Below, piece by piece: positions 13,299 to 27,154 of a stretch of DNA of 64,000 nucleotides; the stretch's first letter is position 1; each line of letters opens with the position of its first letter. Position numbers and translations under genes: made by a program. The stretch covers positions 1 to 64,000 of the forward strand of contig NW_027271785.1 of NCBI RefSeq assembly GCF_040938485.1, in the 5' to 3' direction. The notes under the pieces are model-generated. The model was not told the origin of the DNA. It did not search any database and saw only the letters and a list, made by a program, of their open reading frames with translations. The DNA is from Diadema antillarum. Lineage: Eukaryota.

Positions 13299-15306
13299 AC
13301 CTTTTCCTTCAAACCATATGGAAATGTGATCGATATATATTGCGTGACGTACTGACGGCACACAAGGCCAGCTGGATTCATATTGTTAATACCTGAAACC
13401 AGAGGTGATGTTTGTTATTTTCAAAGTTCGTCAATCCGAAAATGTAATCAAGGTTCCTTATTCCGAAGGTTCGTTAATATGTAGATGAAAAAAAAGTGTT
13501 TAACTATTGAACTCTAGGAATTGTAAACCTTACTTTGCATGTTACACAGCTACTCCTCAAAATTGTCTCTTCAAGCACTGGCTGATTATGATAAATCTTT
13601 AATTGTGGCGTGCTTTACGTTTTTATGTCAATTTCAGGTGCAAGGATTGTTTTGTTGTTTTTGTTTTCACGCGTACAGTGACAGATAATGAGAGTTTGCT
13701 TCCGCAGTTATAAAAATGACCACTGATTGTTGATCGTTTCCTGACATATTCCAATTTGTCTGTGTCATATATGTTCATGATGGAAGAAAAGAGAGCAGTT
13801 AGAAAGGAAGCGCGCAACTTGTAAGGTTTGATTGATAAGTATCTTGTATATGAGAGGCTATAATCACAAGCCCTCGGGTGATTAGTTAGTATGATTGAAG
13901 TATAGCGTCATTTGCCAACAATCATCAATTTAACGTGTCTAATAACCTACCAACACAAAGTACACACGACCTTTAATTTCAGCTGAAATACCATAAAAAC
14001 TTTAACGATGTTAATGACTTTAAACCTTGGAAAGGTAACTTCCTATCATTTTGTCGGGGGATTTTAAGTGTCTTTGCTAACATCAAAACAAAACTTTTTT
14101 TTTTTTACTTTAATCGTTATGGACTTTCATCGTTATAGGTCAAGGTGAACGTTTATTGAAAACATACAAACGTTGAAAACCTAGATCGAAGACAGGGTCC
14201 TTATGTATATTCTGAAGTTTTGTCCTTGATGATGCATTAATTTTCATCGTTGACCTTTTTAGGTATACACCAACTGTATGCAAAATAGATAAACTGGAAA
14301 CTGGCTTATATCTTTTGAGCAAAATAAAAGTTTCCTTTTTTAAGCAAAAACAAACACCAACAAGCAGCAAGCATCAGAAAAAAAGTAACGTACAAGCATA
14401 TTGGTAACCGGTAAAGAGTCAAACGAAATATTGAGTATTTGATATTTCGTGTGCTTGTATAAATTTGACGCTACGTGCCACTTTGAGATGTCAGAAATAT
14501 CGAGTTATTATAGAATTTCGTTTTCTCAGACATGATTGGCGTTTTGTGCGCAACTTAGTACATGTATTTCAAAATAAACATTTGATTTACAATATATACC
14601 ACATTGTCTTGTAGACGTCCGTGTCTATTCGATGATAACCAAGGTGACTCGAAATTTGATAATAGAAAATGTTTGGAACTAAAGGCGGCACGAAGGACAT
14701 TTTCTTAATTGCTAGGTAAAACTGAAATCGGAATGCATATTGTGCCGTTTTAATTCAAGCAGAATTAAGAAACCAAAATTTAGAGCTATTTTGTGAATAC
14801 ACTGAGTTCGTCGAATTTTCCACTGCTGTCAGTGGCTGTAACAGGTGCAATGGTGTTCCACTCCAAGCACTAGATATCACAGTTTGTTTCTTTGTCAGCT
14901 CTTACAACGTGAAGTGAAGGTAATAATAATGTGATGCAGGAAAAAGATAGAGTGAGAGAGAGAGAGATGGAGAGAGAGAAGGGAAGCCGTATGGAGGAGA
15001 AAGCATTTCCTGTCAGAGAAAGGTCCTTTGGCTGCCATCTTTTTCCTGCTCGCCTGTTAATTGGCGCGCTGGGCAGGTGATCCGGAAACTCGCGCTCGAG
15101 CTCTCGTACACGTACGGCATTGTGCGCCGAGGAATGCAGCCTCGCTTATTGCTCCGTCCTTCCCTTTGTGGTGGTATAAAGCTGTTTGATGACTCGGCCC
15201 ATGATTAATCAGAAAGACCTGTTTGAATCGCGTGTGTAAATATATTTATCTGTGCTCATTATAGGTTTGATCTTCAATTTTAAATGCGCATGAGTATATA
15301 TTTATA

Positions 15307-15344
<38 letters not shown>

Positions 15345-15599
15345 CGTTTGTGTGTGCGCGCGCACGTTTATCTGTGCAATTACGTGAGATTTCTCTGCTC
15401 TTTCAATGCACATTAAATGTCGTATTCTAATTTACAATCTTAATGTACGGGAAGAATTTGATTACCAGGTTCTAACCCGACCTTGAAACACGGCAAACCT
15501 TCACCAAACAGCTGAAGATATTATGGAGGTCCAATAGATTTAACGTCTGTATTCCATTTACACTGGACATGCAGAGTGTGAACTTCGTTTCATGAATTA

Positions 15600-15845
15600 T
15601 TCATATGTCGGGTGACCAATCAGATTTAGCTTTGAACAATAGTATCGCGACCAAACGCATTCATTCCGCCAATGAGAATGAAAGGGGGAAACTTGTCTCC
15701 GAGCAACCGGTTGTATGAAAATGAGATTGACAAAAGGGTGTGACATTAAAAAAGCTGGGGTAATCACAGGAATTAACGCACATCATCGTGAAGGAACGGA
15801 GGTTATATAATGAGAAGACTATTCAAGTCCGCTTAGTATTAGTTG
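15600..15845 (+). promoter_or_regulatory. candidate Pol II promoter (CCAAT x2, TATA, Inr), probably of the pri-miR-375 transcript
   Basis: CCAAT at 15616 and 15669, TATATAAT at 15804-15811, Inr-like TTAGTA/TTAGTT at 15833-15844 (A 31-37 bp after the TATA). Assignment to miR-375 is inference. Confidence 0.5.
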
Positions 15846-16055
15846 CCTCGGGGCCGACTGAGCCCATGGCAGTATCGTCTTGCATCGAAAGAAAGTCGTC
15901 TAAGTTTCTTTCTGACAAATCTGACGTCATTTTCAAGTTCGAAAATGGACTACCGCGGGCATTAAACACATTGGACAGAGAATAAGACCCGGGCGACATA
16001 GAGTGAAGACGTTCAGCATCGGAGAGGTCACCGAATCATGTGATTGCAAATGAGA
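15835..16055 (+). ncRNA. candidate non-coding first exon of the miR-375 host transcript
   Basis: CpG-richer block after the TATA/Inr, ending at a perfect GTAAGT donor (16056-16061). No convincing ORF. Confidence 0.4.
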
Positions 16056-16924
16056 GTAAGTAGGCTTACATGCCGAAAAACTTTTAGAACTAAACAACGG
16101 TTTGAATCCTTTTTTTTTTCTGTACTATGGTTTGTGTTATCTAAACATTATGTTTGAATATGACTATGAAATAGGACTAGAAAAAAACACATTTCAGATA
16201 TTGCATTCACTGCTTATAATGTTGATATCATTCAGTGTATATTATGATGAAATACGGTTTCGATGATATATCTTCTTTTTTTTTTGGTATTATCACGATT
16301 GTTTTATGTGTACACAATAATTGTTTATAATTTTTTTTTTTGAATATGGGCAATCCACCCGGGGTTTTTTTTATTATTTTTATACGGAAATAAATACCAT
16401 ACCATACCATAAATACTTGTGATAGTCTTGCATTCATTTAAAAAATAGAGCTGTGTCTCAAAGCAATCCAACTAGAAATAAGACAAAGATAAGACACCAT
16501 CTATGTAGAGAATATAGCAAGCAAGACCGTCATTTTTAGCTTTGTGATGTCATCATTGCGGGAAATGAAGACAGATGCCAACTGACTTAAATGACAAGCA
16601 CAACATAAAATTTCCCTAATCGCGTCATTTTCCAAAAGGAGAAGCTATGAAGACGTAGTGAGCTAAATCCTTTTACAGAGCAGACAAAAATGGCGCAAGA
16701 GTTATAGAAGTTCATTGCACAGTATCAAATGTTTAAGGAAACATAATTATGGCATAATCAATTTCATGGTGATTTTAAATCATCTTTGCTGGAAATAAGG
16801 TATCGACCTCTCATGTCGGCATTTTTTATTTGTCTTGCTGTCTTGTGATATTATGGTTGTGAATCTTATGTTTGTGTGCGTAAAATTATGTATATACACA
16901 TATATAGGCCTATATTATATATGT

Positions 16925-16962
<38 letters not shown>

Positions 16963-17287
16963 TGAGTGTGTCTTTCTTTGTGTGTATGCTGTTCACATAA
17001 TACTTTTTCTGTTTCCTACTTTGTTTTTATATCAAATATTAAAGTTGCTTCATAATTCCTCTAGGCATTATACAATACCATATAATCATACATAAATGTA
17101 TGTAGGTATATCAGCCTGGAGATAGGTCTAGTCTAATTGTTTTTAGAGGTTCGTACATTCACGCAAGTGCAGCAAAGTGACCTTAAAAAGAATATTTGGC
17201 TCAGTATTTTTTTACTCCATTTAGGTGTTATTCAGTAAATACAATGGGTGTCATTAACTTGACGAGTGGAAATTACAACGGTTTTCC

Positions 17288-17334
<47 letters not shown>

Positions 17335-19465
17335 CGGGGTTTTTTTTTCAAAAAGTAAGCCTCCACTGCCGCACCAAGAAGTTCAGGTGTCATGTTCTGT
17401 ACCTCAGGATACTGTGGCTAAAATCCTAGAAATAACATCTCAGACGACATGCCATGTACAACACGGATGATTGTCTTTACATCCCCTCCCCCCGCAAAAA
17501 AAAAAAAAAAAAAAAAGAACTCTCCTGGTTGGTTATGCGAATCAAACTGAAGATGATTAGGTACCGCCTCCGATATATTTATTGCCGAATTCACATTAAT
17601 ATAGACTTGAAGGGAAAAATCGAGCTTGTCCCTTTAAGCAGGTTAATCAAATCACAAAAAGATAGACTTTATATTATGTATATTGCGAAATGGAATAATA
17701 GTTTATTGTGTTCGATTCATCTGTTTATTTTGATTCATGATGAAAAATTTGATTGGCTTCACTTTTTTGCAAAAAGAAAAGAAAAAGAAAAGAATTGATA
17801 GGATATCTAAGGTTTCTAAAGCTTTTACAATGGGGAGAGTTGCCCTGCTTTTCATTTTGGTTACGAAGGAGATTGTTTGTTTGTTTGTTGTTTGTTGCAT
17901 TTTCTTCTGTGTATCATTTACTCTTTGTTCTCTTCTGTTTTATTCGTTTCTCTTTTATCTTTACCTTAGGTTGCTTTACACTTTATATTGCTATTGCTTT
18001 CTGAAACGTCTGCATTTTGTTAATATATTTTCACGTGGGAATTCTTGCTGTTTACTGAAGATAATAGATGATTACACAATAGTTATTACCAATAATTTAA
18101 TGTAACCTCGCATGGAAAAGAACGGTGTAAGAAGTACATAGACATCATATTCAGATCCAGCCATATTTCAAAGCGCCCATTCACGTTCATGATTTGGCAG
18201 GTGCGTGCATTCAGACAACGTATTGCCATGGTCGCAAACTAACAGGGCGTGCTTCATTTCACCGTCCACGTCCGATGTCTCGCGCCGGTGCAGGCCCCTG
18301 GCAAATCTCTCTGAGAACCTGGTGCGCGATCTCACTTACTTCAAGCATGCCTCGGGCTGAACCTTAGGGTGTCGTAGCGTACATGCAAAGACAAAAATAG
18401 TCATTATTATCAATGCTCATTTGACAAGCGTTCATCACAGAAACAGTCTTCGTTACTGTTGATTGAATGTATAGGAGTAAGCATCCAGCATAGTGAAGGG
18501 ACTTCCAACTAAGAGTTCATGCGAAAGGCGTTGCAGTGACGGGATTTAGAATGTACGTCAAAGAACCGCGAAGTTCAAGAAGATAGAAAGGTTTCCTGTA
18601 AAATAAAACAATATGAGACATATTGATATTAAAAATAATCTAACTTTTCCTAGTTCTATCAAAATAACATGAATCATACCATTCCCAATTAGATATAACA
18701 GTGGCAGTGTTATTTGCAACTAAAATTGTTTCTGTCATTGGTGTTGTCCATATGTCATTGACATTATTTTCACCGTCAATTTCATCATCATCGTCAGCTA
18801 AATGCAGTAGATCTCGACTTGTACACTGAAAATTATCGATACGTACCTGTACATGTATTTTTGTTTTACCCAAAAGCTGTTGTTTGGGCATTTGATTCGA
18901 AAGAAATTGAGCCTAAGAAAGACCATGAGCTTTGGAGAATATATAAAAGTGCATCACCATTGTGAAAGTGCATCTTTTAAATCTTTGATGTGCATCCTTA
19001 ATAAAAAGCTGTCAAACTCTTTCCCTCGGCAGGTGGATTGGCTGACGGATCCTTTATTACCGCTGAAAAGACGCAGAGACCAGACGATAAATGGTGCCAA
19101 TGAATCGAGCGCCAGCATTCTCTCTACATCGCCATCGAATTAGCTGAAGAAGACACTAACCTCGGAGTCCCAGTCTACGGGGTAAGGCGGGGATATCTCT
19201 CTATGGCTCTACGTACGTCGAACCTCTGACGATGCATAGAGCAAAGGCACGAAGGTGGATTGATAAAATTATAGATAAACTGGCTGCACTCAAGAGGCAT
19301 CGACTAAATTCTAGGTCTCAATACTCTTCAAACTTTGACTTTGGTCATATTGACAGGAAGTGATGGCTTTTCATATACCAGGAAGAATACCAGTGTCTAG
19401 ACATAGTTTAGTGACCTCCAGGTTTCCGTTAACGACCGCCTTCAAGTCGCTTGGTCAGCCAGTCA

Positions 19466-19578
19466 CGTGGCGTCGTGTGGCACGAGCTCAACGTGCAAAA
19501 CTTGATAATGATCGCCCTCTCGCGGGCATGTCATCCAAAGTCGTTTTGTTCGTTCGGCTCGCGTCACATTGCGCTCAC
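19466..19578 (+). ncRNA. mir-375: microRNA precursor mir-375 (mature 3p arm 19545-19566)
   Basis: TTTGTTCGTTCGGCTCGCGTCA differs from vertebrate miR-375-3p (…GCGUGA) only at position 21. The 5p arm TGGCACGAGCTCAACGTGCAAAAC (19478-19501) pairs with it, the lower stem extends, and a CNNC (CATC 19583-19586) sits 17 nt past the 3p end. Confidence 0.95.
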
Positions 19579-20285
19579 ATTCCATCGATCTACCGCGTCG
19601 TAGACCGCTGCCAACTTGGACGCGTCGCGTCGTGACGTCCACAGCACTGTAATCTGCGAATGTGCGTGTGTTCACGTCCTACTGCGGTAGGCCCTTATTG
19701 TAACCTGCACCAGCGGTCCTGCCATGACGTAAAGATTTGTGGGGTGTCGTGGATAGGTGCTCGCCGGACTGAAATGTAGGATGTAGGGGTGTGTATAGTA
19801 ATTATGTAGGGCCTATGTTTACTTCATATTTTGTGTATTTCAGAGGAGGAAATGGTACCCCCCCCCCAAAAAAAAAAGAGACACATAGAGGCTACATATA
19901 ATATGGTATACAGCTGTGTTGAGTCATGCTGGGCTCTCAAGGTTGCTGTATTAGGTATTAATGAATAGAGGCTGTTTATATTGTTTATAAAATCACGTTT
20001 GATGAATGTTCGCTTCTATGCAAGCAGAGATCGATTAACACATTGTTCAGTATCTCAGTTGCGTATTGTCTTCAATTCAGTGCAATGCAAATTTTAAAAG
20101 AGAACTTTAATCACGTAGTTTGAATGATAGACTTTTAGAAACTAATTTGCGACTCATCAATATCTGTTTTCTCCTCTGGGAAAACTATTCCTGCTAGTTC
20201 AGGAAAGAACAAAGTGTGCATTTGGGTGTGACCGTTGATTACCCACGCGACGGAAAAATACATCAAACTTGCATTCATTGCTATC

Positions 20286-20670
20286 AACCGGGTGATGCTC
20301 GTTATTCCGAAGGTTCGTTATTCCGAAACACACAAATTCCGTACAGACGATCGTTAATCCCAAACATTGCCAAGGTGAAAAGGGGTTTATTCACATCCGA
20401 ACATTTGTGGCGTCATTCTTACAGTTCGTCAGTCCGAAATAAAAGGAGTTTCGTTATTCCAAAGATTCGTTAATCCCAATAAGAAACAAGGTTAGTTATT
20501 CCGAACGTTCGTTATTCCCATGGTTCGTTATTCCGAAAGTGAAAAACAAAACGAAAACAAAACGGTGCGTACAAACGAACCATTGGAATAACGAACCTTT
20601 CTTTCGTTTTCGATTAACGAACCTTTTCTTCATTTCGGACTTACGAACATTCGAATAACGAACTGCAACC
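20286..20670. mobile_element. foldback-like element with arrays of GTTATTCCGAA subrepeats
   Basis: Many forward copies of GTT(A/C)TTCCGAA on the left and reverse copies (TTCGGAATAAC-like) on the right; same family as 12455-13170. Confidence 0.6.
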
Positions 20671-23600
20671 AATATATTAGTCTCTTGATGTCAGAATAAT
20701 ACCTGTAAAATCCGTTCAATAAAACTTACGACCGACTTGACAATGATGATTCAGAAATGAATTTCAACAGAATCACTACAGGACCAAATAGAGTTCGTTG
20801 AACTCGTAGGGAAGATATCAAATAGTCTAAGAAGTGTAGTTTTTATATTAGTATACGCGTTTTCAGCATGCTATATTTTTGTCATACCAGTCCTCCTATA
20901 AACTTCACAAACCTACGAGAATAAAAGTTATTTTTTGTCATGGGTTCACTGAAAACGAAGCTTCTCTTGAACAAATCATAGCGGTGATGGCCAAAGAAAG
21001 AAAGCTACAATTACTACGTTCCGACTGGTTTTACCGCGTGACAAGGCTATGGAAGAAAATCTGAAGAAAGTACAGAGAAGGTGGTGGCTTATCACCTTGC
21101 CAAGCTAACCATGCTTAACGTTAACCTTGCATATAGTTTACCCCAAATATTAAAGTCTAGTCTTTTCAGACATGTCAGAGTTGAGAAAATGATTTGATAC
21201 AACTCCCTGACATTTGTTTCTTACAAATGTCAAGGTACAGTTTCCGTTTAGAATATCTTGGCGTTTAGAAGACCCCCTTTTAAGTCATGTAACTTCGTTT
21301 GTAGGTGACATGAGATGGGCTTGACGTGAAATTAGTGGTTTGAAGCGATCAGTAGACTGGGTTTGTTTGTTTTGTTTTCTCTTTGCTATCTTTATTCGCT
21401 TGTTTGTTTCATCTCGTTTGTTTCAATTGCGCTAAGACGGAGTCTGTTTCTTGACATCCGAAGATATTTTCTCAAACCATTATTCTACTGTTACCATATC
21501 AGGACAAATTTTGCCCTTAATCAAGGAATACTGTCCGAACTTAAGTCACTCTGACAAACAAGACCCTCAGGCGTTATCTCTTCAATTTTATTTTGTCTCC
21601 TTTATTTATTCATATATTACTTTGTTCATTTTCGCAGACAGTTTGACCGTTTGGTGGTGATGTATCTGTAATTATTACATACAATTGTACATGCAAATGT
21701 GTTATCATGTTAATGTACATCAACATGACAATCTTGTAATATCTTTTAACGGTACTGTGGCACGATTCTGTCATACATTTTGTCTATGTCATGTGTCTCC
21801 TGCTTACTCCAGGTGACAGCCGTCATGTGCTACATTGCTACTGACATATTAAAGAATGTTGAACATAAACATAATTATATACGTCAGATATTAAGATATG
21901 AAATGTGAACAAAGTACATTTAAAACATAAAACCTTACGGCAGAAGTGGTGAATCTAATATCATTTCCTCGATACGTGTACATGCAAAACAAAGCTTTTT
22001 ATCTCCACTGAGCCGCCACTACACTTGTTTACACCATTCATACTGACAACCTCAGAAGTATAATAGTGAATATCATACGATGTTTTCAAAAGATCTCTAG
22101 TATACAAATAATGCACATTACGCTACAGAGGGCGTTAGTTAGAATTGTCCATCCCGATAGAAGCGTTGGAACAGTCGGAAACACACAAAGCTATAAGCCA
22201 AGTGTGTTTTAGACTGTTCGAAAGTTACACTTAAACCAAGACACTTGTACATAAATGTAAGAGGAAAACAGAAAAACATACAAACACACAAAATACCAGC
22301 GTAACGTACGTTCTAGTCGCAAGAAAAGACGACAATTTCCTGCTGCGAAAGAGCTTCTGTGTAAAATGTTTCTTACTGATTACCATTCATCTGTTTTCCC
22401 TATCTTTTTGTCCAAACAAGGTAGACAACAAGAAAAGTTGGTCTTTATTCATCAATAACTCTATTTATGAGCAAATGCGTTCATCATATACATAGATAAA
22501 TCTCCACAGAATAGCAATCTATTATTCAAAGTAGGTTATTTATATGGAATTCCTTTTCATGCTAACATTCAATTAAATACAGTAACTGAACGTCTCATGA
22601 ATTAACTTTTTACCTAGCTGCATATGAAACCTTATGCTAAAGCGCACCAAATCAAAGTTATTCTTCAGTTTCTTTTTTATCTTTAGTGAACAAAATCAAA
22701 TAATTCGCTAACCAGCTGATGATAAGATGTACGAGTCAATTCATTTGACTATTGGGATGGACATCTACTACGCTAGATAATGTCCACAGAAAATCTTTGC
22801 ATTTCCAATTCTTCAACTTCCACATCGCTTAGAATGCAGCCCTTCAACCTTATGACAGTAAATATTAATTGGAATGTTGGAAAAAAATGACACATTGTAG
22901 ATCATATCTTTCAGATTTTATTCCTGACAAATAATGAAAAAACAACAACAACACATTATATATGACTTATGAGGTTACAATTAATAATCTCCATTCCATG
23001 CATAGTAACAAAATGCATCTTACAAATCAGGGAAGTACATGTATGTACGGATATACGATGCTACGGGAGAACTAATCGGCTTTCCAATAAAATGGAGTCT
23101 GAAACGAATAACAGTTGAAAGGAACTGAAGCAGCAGACCTCTTAATGAATTATCTGGCACTTAAACAAGAAGCGTTTGTCAAAGTTTAATTGAGATCAAT
23201 TATTGCCTACAACAGTAACTAATCAAAACATATCTGTGAATTCTCTTCCACTTCCTTGATCGCAATTGGATTTTCCAACAGGGTTTTGAAATATTGATAA
23301 ATATTGATAATATTTGATAAATCATTGTAGCAGTATGACATATTAGTGTGACTATACAGTTATCACTAAAAGTTGCCTGCTTTAAACCTTGCTGCATACC
23401 TGGGGAAACGACCACAGAGTTTACCAAACTAGTGTCTTCTTAACTATCATTGGAAAGAGGACATTACATAAAAATAAACGCATTAAAGGTATATACAGGG
23501 AATACTTCAGTGAGAATTCAAGCAACCAGATTGCTGACACACTATGTTTAGAAAATAAATGTTAATTATTTTAATTGTATTTTCCAATATTATTCACAAC

Positions 23601-26024
23601 TTTCTAAATGAAAAGGATGGTTTGAGAAAGTTTTATCATTTTGCTGTAATTTTTTTTATTCCTCTAAACAATGAATATGATGATACATTTGACAAATTAT
23701 GACATAAACACACAAAAAATAGAATAAAATTTGTTTCAGATCCATTAGTTTTTTCATTGATTGGTAGGCAAACTCTATAGTTATCATGGGTAACATATTC
23801 TAGAATTTGAATACATTATTACACGATATGCTGGCATGTGGGTATGCCATGTGCAAATCATACTGATATGACATTAGAATCAATAATAAGATATGACAGC
23901 AAGTAATAGTCTCTGGATTCAAAGAAATTATTTCTGCCATGCATGATTAGGACCTACTTGTACACATATAGAAGCAAAATTCAATGTATTTAAATCTGAA
24001 ACAAAGGACATATGTTGGAAGTATGCTTCCCCACTGCACTTTCCATTCATGCAATACAGACAATAAAGTTGTAGCCAATTTGAAACAATAGATCTTGACA
24101 TCACATGTACTATCATTTTTTTGCTTAATAATTACAAGCTTTTCTCATGCCATCAGGTCTGAAATGACATTATTCCTGTGCAAATGTTAATGTCTGAGTA
24201 CTTGAATAGTTTCCACATACAATCTTCTAAATCATAATGTTGTCCTTTACAAACAAATATACATAATAGCAATTCCATGATGCATAATGGCTGAAGATAC
24301 CCATGATGCCTCACGTATCTTGCCTTTAACCCACTGAAGGCTAGTCCTGATTACACTCGGGCAGATGGGAAACATGTGTCATAGTGAAATCAGCTCACCC
24401 TCAACGAGTTAACTTCTTTGTTTGCCAAAGAGAATACTTGATAGATTTTCCTCTATTTACAAGAGTTCACATACATTAAGATAGGACACTATGGTACAGC
24501 ATACAGCTTCTTACATTCAAGAGTCACCAACATGCACTGCCCATTGGTCATTCTTTTTAACTGCACTGGACATAGTAAAGAAATACTGATCACTTTTGTG
24601 AAACATCTTTTTGAATATGTGTTTGTCACCTCTTGAAAAGAAAGCTTCTGTTGTTCCACAGCATCTCTAAAACGAGATTAGCATTCATCTTGTGTTAAGT
24701 TTTTAGCAGGTGTTATCAAACCTTGTCCTGCTATGCATTGGACAAGTTGATGAGTTTGAGGTACAGATCTGAGTAATATCAAGGCAAAACTATGATACCA
24801 ATAACTATATAAATAATAATGATAACAACAATTTATAGACATATCCACATGAATTAACTATACATTGATATCAAGATTAAGGGAAGAGCATCAGGTACAA
24901 TGCAATGATCAGAGTAATTCAAACGTTTATTAATTGAATGCAATTAGAATATTTGTTGCACAGTATCAATCAAATGATTATGATTGGTAAAAATGGTCTG
25001 TACTTTGATTCACCACATCAAGTCATAGTTTGAAGAATTGTGGGTGTGATCATCAAACTATCTGATCATTTTCATGATACATTTATTTGAATATGCATTT
25101 ACACCACTGTATCTCTTTCAATTTTGGAAGAGAAAGCTTCTGTTGTTCCAGAGTATCTCCAAAATGAGACCAGCATTCATCACTGATCAGTTCAATAGTT
25201 TGATTCATTGCATCAAGATATAAATTTTTAAGGATGGTGGGTGTGTGAGGTATGGCCAACTCCAGTGAAGCAGTAGAGTTTCACTCAGCAAAGACAAAGA
25301 CTCAATAAAACTACAAAATTAAATCAGACAGCTGTGTGGCTCTCTCATGTGTTATCTATCAAAGTTCCAATGTCTAGTAAAAATTATGGCTATGATGTAC
25401 AGTATGGATGGACGAAAAACACTCAAAAGTGGAGTGTGACGAAAGTGTGTATTTACTGACCCTGTGTTGGCGTATGTGACATTTATAACTCACTGCCAAG
25501 CAGAATCAAATAGCGTGATATCCAATTCTGCATGTCTATTTAACTGCTGCCACAAATGGTTGAAAGAATACAAACTTCAAGGTGCACACAATAAATGCAT
25601 GAAACAAAAAGCTCTTCAAAAATATTATTTGAGGTATACTTTGTCTAAACTACAGGTGCAAATCTCTTTGTGGATGTGTGTATGAAGGAGTTAGTGATTA
25701 AAAGACAAGATATTAGACATCTAAATGTACATACACACAGACTACACACTCTGGAGGCAATCACAGATTTAGCCTTTCATCACAGAATGCATGCATACAT
25801 GACCATCTTCTTAACTCCTAACAAAAAGTTCAAACTTTTTTTTTAAACCGCTAATCAGCATCTGCTTCCTGAATTCTTGCTAGATGGAGTGTTGCCCTTT
25901 AAATTCTCACAGTTGTTGTTGTTTTTATTAATTTGATAAGCTCTTCAAAGAGCATACACTGCTAACAACATAATGTCTGACTTGCATAAAGAACAACAAA
26001 AAGTCAACAGAAAAGATTTGCATA

Positions 26025-26056
<32 letters not shown>

Positions 26057-27154
26057 CGTGTGTGTGTGCTTGGGTTATGTTTGGAAAGAAGGGATTCAAA
26101 ACATTGAAATTATGAACAACTTGTAATCAACATAATTCTATGTATTACAAGCCAACTGTCACAAATGATAGCATATCCAAAACATTGGATATTGCATTTC
26201 AGAAAAGGGTTTCATGTGTACCATCTGACTTTTTGATGAGTGCTGTTCACATGATATAATGATTCCAAACCAATATGACGGGACATCCAATTATCCTGGA
26301 ATTTAGCATACACATCAAGTACATTCTATTCATTATCATATTGAAGTATTAATGGCATCCCTTGCTGTTTTGATAAAGCCTTGAACAGATTTCATGTACA
26401 CTTACATTGTCCATGTGTCTCGCGAGTGGAAAATAGGGAAAACGGCAAATGGAAGAATCATAGGTCCATATGACTCATCAAAGTTTTTCACTTAATTTCA
26501 TGCCTTAAAACTGCACATGTAGGAGTACTCTTTCAGGAAATATCAATAAACTGGAAATAAAAAATGTTGACACAAAATACAAATTGGCCCAGAAGAAATA
26601 CTTGTCTATACTGAACACAGACGTCCAGGAGGAGGATAGAAAAATTGTGTGCTATCAACTTCAGCAACGTTTATAATTGCACTATCCAAATATCAAACAG
26701 CATAATGATCAAATAAAGACAAGAAAGAAAAAAGGAATACTACTAAACTTGTGTGAAATCATTGAGGATTTTGGGAACCTAATGGAAGATGACTCATGAA
26801 ACGACTCATGAAGAGTGTTTCACTTTAATACACTTCTAAGAGGTATACTAGGCAGAGAAGGAGAGGAACAGAGAGAGAAACTTGGGTGTGAAAAACTCTT
26901 GAGCCTACCTTAACCTACAAACCTCTGCTTTATTGGCTCACATATCATGGTAACATCTAATGCTACACACCAAGCAACTAACAAAAAGCTCACATCTAAA
27001 TGGTCATTGCCAAGTTGTTGCCACAATGACTAAATTAACATATTAGTTGCAAGAAACGTTTCTGAAAACATGTCCTCTGTTACATTTGCAATATTTGGGG
27101 ACACTTAAAGTTCAGAGCATTGTCCTGGCTTAATCCAATAAACAAATGACCATG

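Noticed and set aside
15826-16035. Minus-strand ~70-codon open frame (…MSPGSYSLSNVF…EATNTKRT*)
   Set aside because: No usable acceptor or upstream exon; better explained as the antisense of the + strand non-coding first exon.
18640-19143. ORFs near mir-375 (MPKQQ…, MLALDSLAPF…)
   Set aside because: Short, with no recognisable domain, and not extendable through the candidate splice sites without stops.
24580-25190. Old ~120-bp direct duplication (AAAGCTTCTGTTGTTCCA core at ~24641 and ~25133)
   Set aside because: Real but decayed; no coding or structural meaning is evident.
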